Shown here in pieces: positions 56,592 through 64,000 of a stretch of DNA of 64,000 bases. How positions within the stretch are numbered: position 1 is the first letter of the stretch; every line of letters starts with the position of its first letter. Below the pieces are notes generated by a model that searched no databases, was not told the origin of the DNA, and worked only from the letters and a program-made list of their open reading frames with translations. Source of the stretch: the human T2T-CHM13v2.0 reference genome, Homo sapiens; assembly GCF_009914755.1 (NCBI RefSeq), contig NC_060926.1. The stretch is one strand, 5' to 3'. Made by a program: the position numbers and the translations under genes.

Positions 56592-59560
56592 GATGTCATA
56601 GATTATCATTTAGGAAATCCATCCATGAATATAGTTTGATTCACATTCAGCTTTGAATATTTAAATTGCTAATACAACAAATATTTTAGTAATGTGCTAC
56701 TCTATCAAAGCAATATGGCAATGAAAGATACAAATATCCCAAAACCTGAAAATACTTTTATTAGGAGAGGGAAAGGCCAGGCTGGGCAATATTTTGAATA
56801 TGAGGTAAGAATATCTACATTTACAAAAATAATTTTAGTAAGGAAAAAAGTCTAAAGCTATATAAAATTAAATACTTTTTTGCTCAATTAACGAGCTATA
56901 ATTGGGACCATTTATTAAACAATTTTTAAGTAATACTTTCTCAAATACCAAGTCTATTTAAAATCATTGTACCAATAGTAGGTAAGGCCATTTTATGTAC
57001 TGGTCATTTCTGGTGTTCTGTGATGAGCCTAACTTACTTTTAAGATAAACCCAATTTATAAACAATTGATATTGCTTTGTGTAATTGTGGCGTGAAGAAA
57101 CTTTCCACTAGATCTTTTTTTGTTATATCTATCTACACTGTATAAAGTATTGCCATTAACAAACTTGTGACTTTTATGTATATTTTTAAGAAAATTATAT
57201 TATCAGGTTTTATTACAATGTAAGTTATTAATAGTTATCATAGTAATACATGCATACTGACTTCACATTCTTTCTATGTAGTCATTTTGGGTAAACACTG
57301 ATAGAGAAAGAAAAATGTTCCTTGTCTAATCAAATACTGGAAGAAAAGAAAACAATTGCAATAATGTATTGTTTATTAGAATGGGAGAGTAGGAGAGGTC
57401 TGCTTTATGGAGTTTAATGTGACTTTGCTAAATGAATACTTTTAGGCAAATGGAATTGCTAATTGTCTGACTGCGTTTACTTATCATTCCATTTAGTAAC
57501 TTCCCAGTGCATTGGAGAAGATGTTATGTATGATACTGAAAATATGATAATTGTAGATATTTTCTGTCTCTCCAGTATTCTTTTCAGGATAATGTCATGT
57601 TTTTTGCATCATGACTCTCACAGAATATTACTTAAAGAGAGTGAATCAATGTCAGTATTTACCACTAAAAAGTAAATAAATAAAATAAATAAAATAAAAT
57701 TATTTGTGTTTTAACATGACTGCATTTAAGAATAACCTTATCTCTTTGTATTTGCTGTGAGATGTTAGTAACATATATGTATTTATATGTAATAGATACA
57801 ATTTTACCCAATATTTTGCCATAAAATGGAAAAATTACTTTCTCCTTTCTTCTAATTAATTGGCATTCATTCCAAAGCCTTCTGCCAGTTTGGTATGGCA
57901 CTGACATTTTAAAAATCCCAAAGTAAATATTTCTCGAGGTAATATGACCTCTCCTCATTACTCTTTCACATATTTACCTCCTGAAGTATTTATGTTTTTG
58001 AAACAAAATAATTATGTTACATTATATTTTTAAATGAGGAAGAAAGTAAGCACGAGTATTTTTAAATAGGTATTTAAAATGAGTACCTTTTAAAAAATGT
58101 ATTGAGTACAGAATTTCATTACACTATGTGAAAGCCAGAAAATATCAATGATACCAAAGTGTTAAGTACAAAGCCAATCAAGAGACAGACCATAAAGGTA
58201 TTATATTTTAAAATAACAAGAAAAAATAGATGTTTCAGGTCATTAAAACCTTTCATACATGTATGCAAAGGTATTATAAATTCAAATTTATGACTAGAAA
58301 AGGGTCTTCCTGATAAAACTCACCTACCTGTTTTCTAAAGATGGTTGAAATGAATAGTGGAAATTTACTGCTAATGTAAAATTGGCACTTTTATTTTTTT
58401 AACCACATATTAAAATCAACATAGCTAGCAAGATAAAAATAATTTCAAATATTTAAATAGGAACTGTGGCTCTATCTGCCTTTCAGTAAACAATGACTAA
58501 TTGTCCTAGCTAAATCTATACCTTCCTATGAAGGCACAGATACTGCAAAGATACTGAGGTTGGTACTCATTCCAGTGGCCTTCACTGTACATTAATAAAA
58601 AATGTTTGCTATGCAAATCTTGTCATACAAAGCAATTATGGTTGTTCCTAAACTGACCTCATGTTTATTTATTACTTCAGCATTTTACTCCCAAATCTTG
58701 TATGAACTTTTCAAATACAAACAATTTTTATGTTACTTTTTAAAGGTACACAATACAGCTATTTTTAATTTATTTGTGCCTAGTATAAATGAAGAAGCTG
58801 TGTAACTCTGTCAATCTGCAATGCAGTGCTTAGTGAGTCTGAATAATGTTCCAGTGACTGTTCATGCAAACTATTTTCACCCCAGGGTCTTTGTTAGGAT
58901 GAAGAGGCCCTTCTAATAGCTTGAGGCCATGACACCCTGTTTGGTCTTACTCTGCAACATTAGCTGATAACTAATGGAGACTGTCAGCTACAGTACACTA
59001 AGCAGGAAAAAAAAGTATTTTTGTAGCAGGATAGTGAAAGTAAAATATACCAAAAAATTCATTGCTAACCATTTACATATTTTCTCAACTTTACCTGCCC
59101 TCACCAAGTGCAACTCATCTAGAAAAAAGTGCATTCATCAAGAGAAATGGTTCAGGAGCATAAATCCACAGTCATTAATAGCAGTAATGTTCTTTAACTG
59201 TCTAATATTATATTGCCACAGGAATTCCCACTTTCTGATTTCTGGTTGAGCAACAGTGGCATCCAGTGGCCAGATAATTGTTTTCATGATTAGAGTGTCC
59301 TCAGAAGTTCGGACTAACACTACATGCTTCAGATATATTTAGCCTAAGCAAAGGAATTTAACTAGGAAAAGCAAATCAAAAGCCTCTGTTTCCAAAGCAA
59401 CCCTGGATCAAATCTAGGTCATGAGATTTGGTTCTGATGACTACTGGCAATCTCTCCAACACCCCTTAATAACTTCAATTTACGGTACCTATTAACCGTC
59501 TACTGTGTATATTCATGTGGAATATCAATATACACAGTAAATGGTTAACAGATAGCCTAA

Positions 59561-59990
59561 ATTCATATATTTATATTCATAAATATATGAATATACATAT
59601 TCACATATTTATATTCATAAATATGTGAATATACATATTCACATATTTATGTTCATAAATATGTGAATATACATATTCACATATTTATGTTCATAAATAT
59701 GTGAATATACATATTCACATATTTATGTTCATAAATATGTGAATATACATATTCACATATTTATGTTCATAAATATGTGAATATACATATTCACATATTT
59801 ATGTTCATAAATATGTGAATATACATATTCACATATTTATGTTCATAAATATGTGAATATACATATTCACATATTTATGTTCATAAATATGTGAATATAC
59901 ATATTCACATATTTATGTTCATAAATATGTGAATATACATATTCATATATTTATGTTCATAAATATGTGAATATACATATTCATATATAT
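59561..59990. repeat. 38-bp AT-rich minisatellite, 11 full copies plus a partial copy
   Basis: Unit ATTCACATATTTATGTTCATAAATATGTGAATATACAT repeating at 59561, 59599 ... 59941. Confidence 0.97.
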
Positions 59991-61217
59991 ACATTTTTCC
60001 CCTGAAGATTAGACTCAAGTTTTCTTACAAGAGCTCTAATATAGGCACATTAAGTACTGATTCTACACTACTAATCCTGTCCTACAGAGCAGAGTGAGAA
60101 AGTGCAATGATAAAATGGTTCCTAGCATCATAGAGTTTACAACTGAAGTAATCTGATTAATTTGTCCATGTCCTGTAAAGAAAACTTGTCACCAATAGTG
60201 GCTACTTTTAACCTAACACAGAATAGCAGTATAAAAACCTTATCAGATGTATGCCATCTTCTTTATTCTTCATTTCAACTTCAGTTTTAGGAAGTAATGC
60301 AAGCTTAAGACATAATGTAAAAGGCTACAAAGCAGAAAATTCAAAATAGAAATTCACTCCATGGCACTATGTTTTTAAAAACACTGCACAAATCATTCAG
60401 GATGGGGGTGCTGCTTCTGTGCCTTTCATGTACAATGGAACCCTATGCCAGGCAACAAAGAACTAAGTGATCAGCTAAATAAACAGGCACTTCCCTTGTA
60501 GTCTCTCTTGAAGGGAAAGTGGTTGTTATTAAGTATGCACTGTGTTGAATAGGGCAATTCAATTGGAGAGAGCTTTATGGTAAAGAATTAAAAAAAACAA
60601 CACAAGTTTCTCAACTATTTAGAAATAGAACACATTTTCAAGAGTGTCTTGATAACAGGTTGTATGTGGGCTGTCAGCTTGCTTTGTCCTATTAAAGCAA
60701 TCATGATTCAGCATTCTTGGAAGAAAAACTGGGATGTAAAAATCCTCAGTAAATATTTTCAAAACATGAGAAACACATTTGTTACACAGGAACAAATTCT
60801 GCTGTCTTTTTGTGAAAGAGCAAGGGGAAAGAGACTATGGTTAAAATTATGAGTCTGGATGTTCCTTTTTTGTTTCATCCAAACAGCACAGCAAAAGGCC
60901 TTGATGTATAATTTGTTTCCCTGCACTCTCTGGTTACTAGAGAGGATCTACAATGGATACAGTGTTGATATTGGATTTATTTTCAGGATTTAAGAGATGA
61001 TGTCAGAACAAGTAGCATAGCCACATGGGCCAACAAGTGGGTTGTGAAGTCAGCTTGTCCTCATAGCACCTATTGTCACTTTGTTTACAATACAATGGGT
61101 TGCCTATTTCAGGAACAAGAGTATGTGTTTGTGTGTATGTATATTTATTTGTTATTTCATTGGTATAAGACGTATTTTCCACATAGTAAGAATTACTTAG
61201 TGAAGGATGAATGAATA

Positions 61218-61449
61218 CACATGGTGTACACACTCATATATTTACAGTCTATGCACTCATATATTTATATGGTGTACACACATATATATTTACATATATG
61301 AGTATGTATACCATTTGTGTACGCCATATAAATATATGTGTGTGTAGACCATAAATATATTTATAGGGTGTACACAAATGGTATACACACTCATATATAT
61401 AAATATATATGTGTGTGTACACCATATAAATATGAGTGTACACCTTGTG
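61218..61449. repeat. TA/CA-rich composite repeat containing a long inverted repeat
   Basis: Modules GGTGTACACAC / CACTCATATA and their reverse complements. Confidence 0.85.
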
Positions 61450-61501
61450 CAGAGGAAACAATATTATTTAGTACTCTTTTATACTGCCACATTATCATTC
61501 A

Positions 61502-61873
<372 letters not shown>

Positions 61874-62249
61874 TTAGTGTTATAAACTGATAGTCTCTGA
61901 TAGTATCTTTTTGAGGGGTTATTTCTGAGAATAATTATAAAATTTTTATTATTAACAGGAGACATAACGGGGATTCTTTTTATTTGTGGTAGTATGGCAT
62001 TTGCCACTGTGGACGTTGTCTTCAGCCCAGCGATATTACATTATATTCCAAAAATGTTTCATCCTAATGAAAGAGGTCTTGGATTTAAGACAATGTCTTG
62101 ATGCAAGTAGAAACCAGACTGTCAAGGAATTTGCTTATTTCTTAACTTGATATCCAATATTAAACATTAGGCAGGTATATTACTGTGTGTATGTCACACA
62201 CACAAATACATGGATGAATAGATAGGTAGATTGAGTGATATATGGATGA

Positions 62250-62606
62250 TATATTAGTATTTTCAGGCTGCAATAACAAAACACCTTAAACTGGGTAGCT
62301 TATAAACAACAGAAACTAATTTCTCATAGTTGTGGAGACTGGGAAGTTCAAGATTAAGGCACTGGCAGATTCAGCCAGATTCTGGTGAAGGTCCACTTTC
62401 TGGCTTATAAATGGCACCTTCCTGTTATAACCTCCCATGATAGAAGGGGCAAGGCAGCTCTCTGGGGCTTTCAAAAGAACACTAATTCCATTCATGAAGG
62501 CCACATGACCTAATCATCTCCCAAAGGCCCCATCTCCTAATACCATAATGTCGATGATTAGGTTTCGGCATATGAATTTGGGGGAGACACAAACATTCAG
62601 ACCAAG
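62250..62606 (-). mobile_element. MST/MLT1A-type MaLR solo LTR (MSTD-like), flanked by GATA-rich repeats
   Basis: caggctgcaataacaaaacaccttaaactgggtagcttataaacaacagaaa...gggagacacaaacattcagacca. Confidence 0.85.
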
Positions 62607-63795
62607 ATAGATAGATAGATAGACAGTCTCTGTTGTCAAAGATCGACACCAGAAATTATAGAGCCGGGAAACGTCTCATCTAAAACATAAATTGGGCATT
62701 TTACAATCACACTATGGATTATCATCCCTTTTAGACATGAAGAAATCAAAAATAGGTGTGCTTCAGTGACGGCAGCTAGCAAGGGCTGACTTGAACTTAA
62801 GTCTTTAGATAACAAGACAAATGTTCTTTCTACTGGATCACAGAGGCTTGTGCTCTTCAGTATTCTAATTACTCAATTTCATGGCTCTCTATAGCTATTT
62901 TTCAATCTCAAGCCCTCAGATGTGTTCCTAAGCAACAAAACCAGAACAACTTTCCTGAGGTAGGGGTAAGGGAGGAATCAATTTTGCCTGCCAAAGTCAA
63001 CTATAAAAGACGTAAAGGCTCTTACCTACAGATATACAACACAATCATTAAGAGACGGAGGTGAGATTGTTTATGTAGCTTCCTAAACACATCTTTAAGA
63101 AGTCTGTTGCCCAAATGTATACATAACATGTACTATATCTACAGCCACTATAGCTATACCTTGACCAACAGGTCTATGTGGGTAGAAAATATGATCAAAG
63201 TATAGTTTGTCTTGATCCACACCCCAGTTAGGATGGACTTGACACACAATTTTTTTGACTTTGTAGAGTTTGCAAGGCCCAAGTAATAGCTTTGTATGTT
63301 AAAACATCACTTGTATCAACAGAATCTGTATACTTACTTTTTCAAATAAATAATCAGATGGATTTTAATGAAACCATACCATCATAATTTTGTGACCATG
63401 ATATTATAATGCATTGTTACTGCTGATCATTTTTTCTTGGGGAGCTGCCATGCTAGGTGCTTTGTTAAACTGTCCCATAGGACAGACATGATAGGATGAA
63501 CAACTGAAGTATTGCACCATTATGGACCCCTATGATTTCCAATGGATGACTATGACATAGAAATGCTGTGTAATGCCTAATTAACTCAGTTGGTTTATGT
63601 AAGGCTTTCATAAAATCAAGACTATGATTCTGCCAAATACAAATTATTGAAAGCTTATGTGCAAGAAGTACCACAGTCATCAAGATCAGTCCTTCATTTC
63701 TCATAAAAGACACCTTTCTCATGGCTTGACATCTCCCAAATTAAAAAGGCTGGCCTTAAGCAAGATGCGATATCTGGTTCAATAAATGTTATCTC

Positions 63796-64000
63796 AAAAA
63801 TAATAATTAAAAGAGTGAACAGACAACCTGCAAAATGGAAGAAAAATATTTGCAACTATCAGTCTGACAGGGGACAGATACCCAGAATTTACAAGGAACT
63901 CAAACAACTCAATAAAAAAATAAAAAAAAAAAAACTTGGGCAAAGGACATGAATAGCCATTTTTCAAAATAAGATACACAAATGACCAACAGATATATGA
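63796..64000 (+). mobile_element. L1 ORF2 3'-region fragment, continues beyond the window
   Basis: agagtgaacagacaacct.caaaatggaagaaaaatatttgcaactat...tgggcaaaggacatgaatag. Confidence 0.88.

Noticed and set aside
59561-59990. CRISPR-like array of palindromic repeats
   Set aside because: Head-to-tail units with no unique spacers, no cas genes, mammalian context; it is a minisatellite.

Overview
Primate (almost certainly human) genomic DNA spanning the 5' end of ERBB4 (HER4 receptor tyrosine kinase), which is on the minus strand. The only coding sequence I can support is ERBB4 exon 1 (ATG at 49173, 82 coding nt encoding the signal peptide [27 protein letters not shown], donor G|GTGGGT at 49092/49091), inside a ~3 kb CpG island. 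Positions 1-49091 are the start of the very large intron 1, and ~49.5-64 kb is upstream sequence. The rest is AT-rich DNA with Alus, L1/L2/MIR fragments, an essentially full-length Tigger1, LTR41, MaLR solo LTRs, a MADE1 and simple repeats. Nearly all ORF-track entries are spurious. I see no new multi-gene system. The most notable sequence-level observations are: (i) a 17-codon uORF whose stop overlaps the ERBB4 AUG, with a nested AUG-UAA start-stop; (ii) two mosaic templated-insertion scars copied from nearby DNA; (iii) an 11-copy fully palindromic 38-bp AT-rich minisatellite with neighbouring long inverted repeats; (iv) a duplicated ~100-nt hairpin module in intron 1; (v) a strong antisense splice donor in the CpG island; (vi) a possible retrocopied 3'UTR fragment. 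Repeat subfamily names come from recall of consensus sequences and need RepeatMasker/Dfam confirmation.
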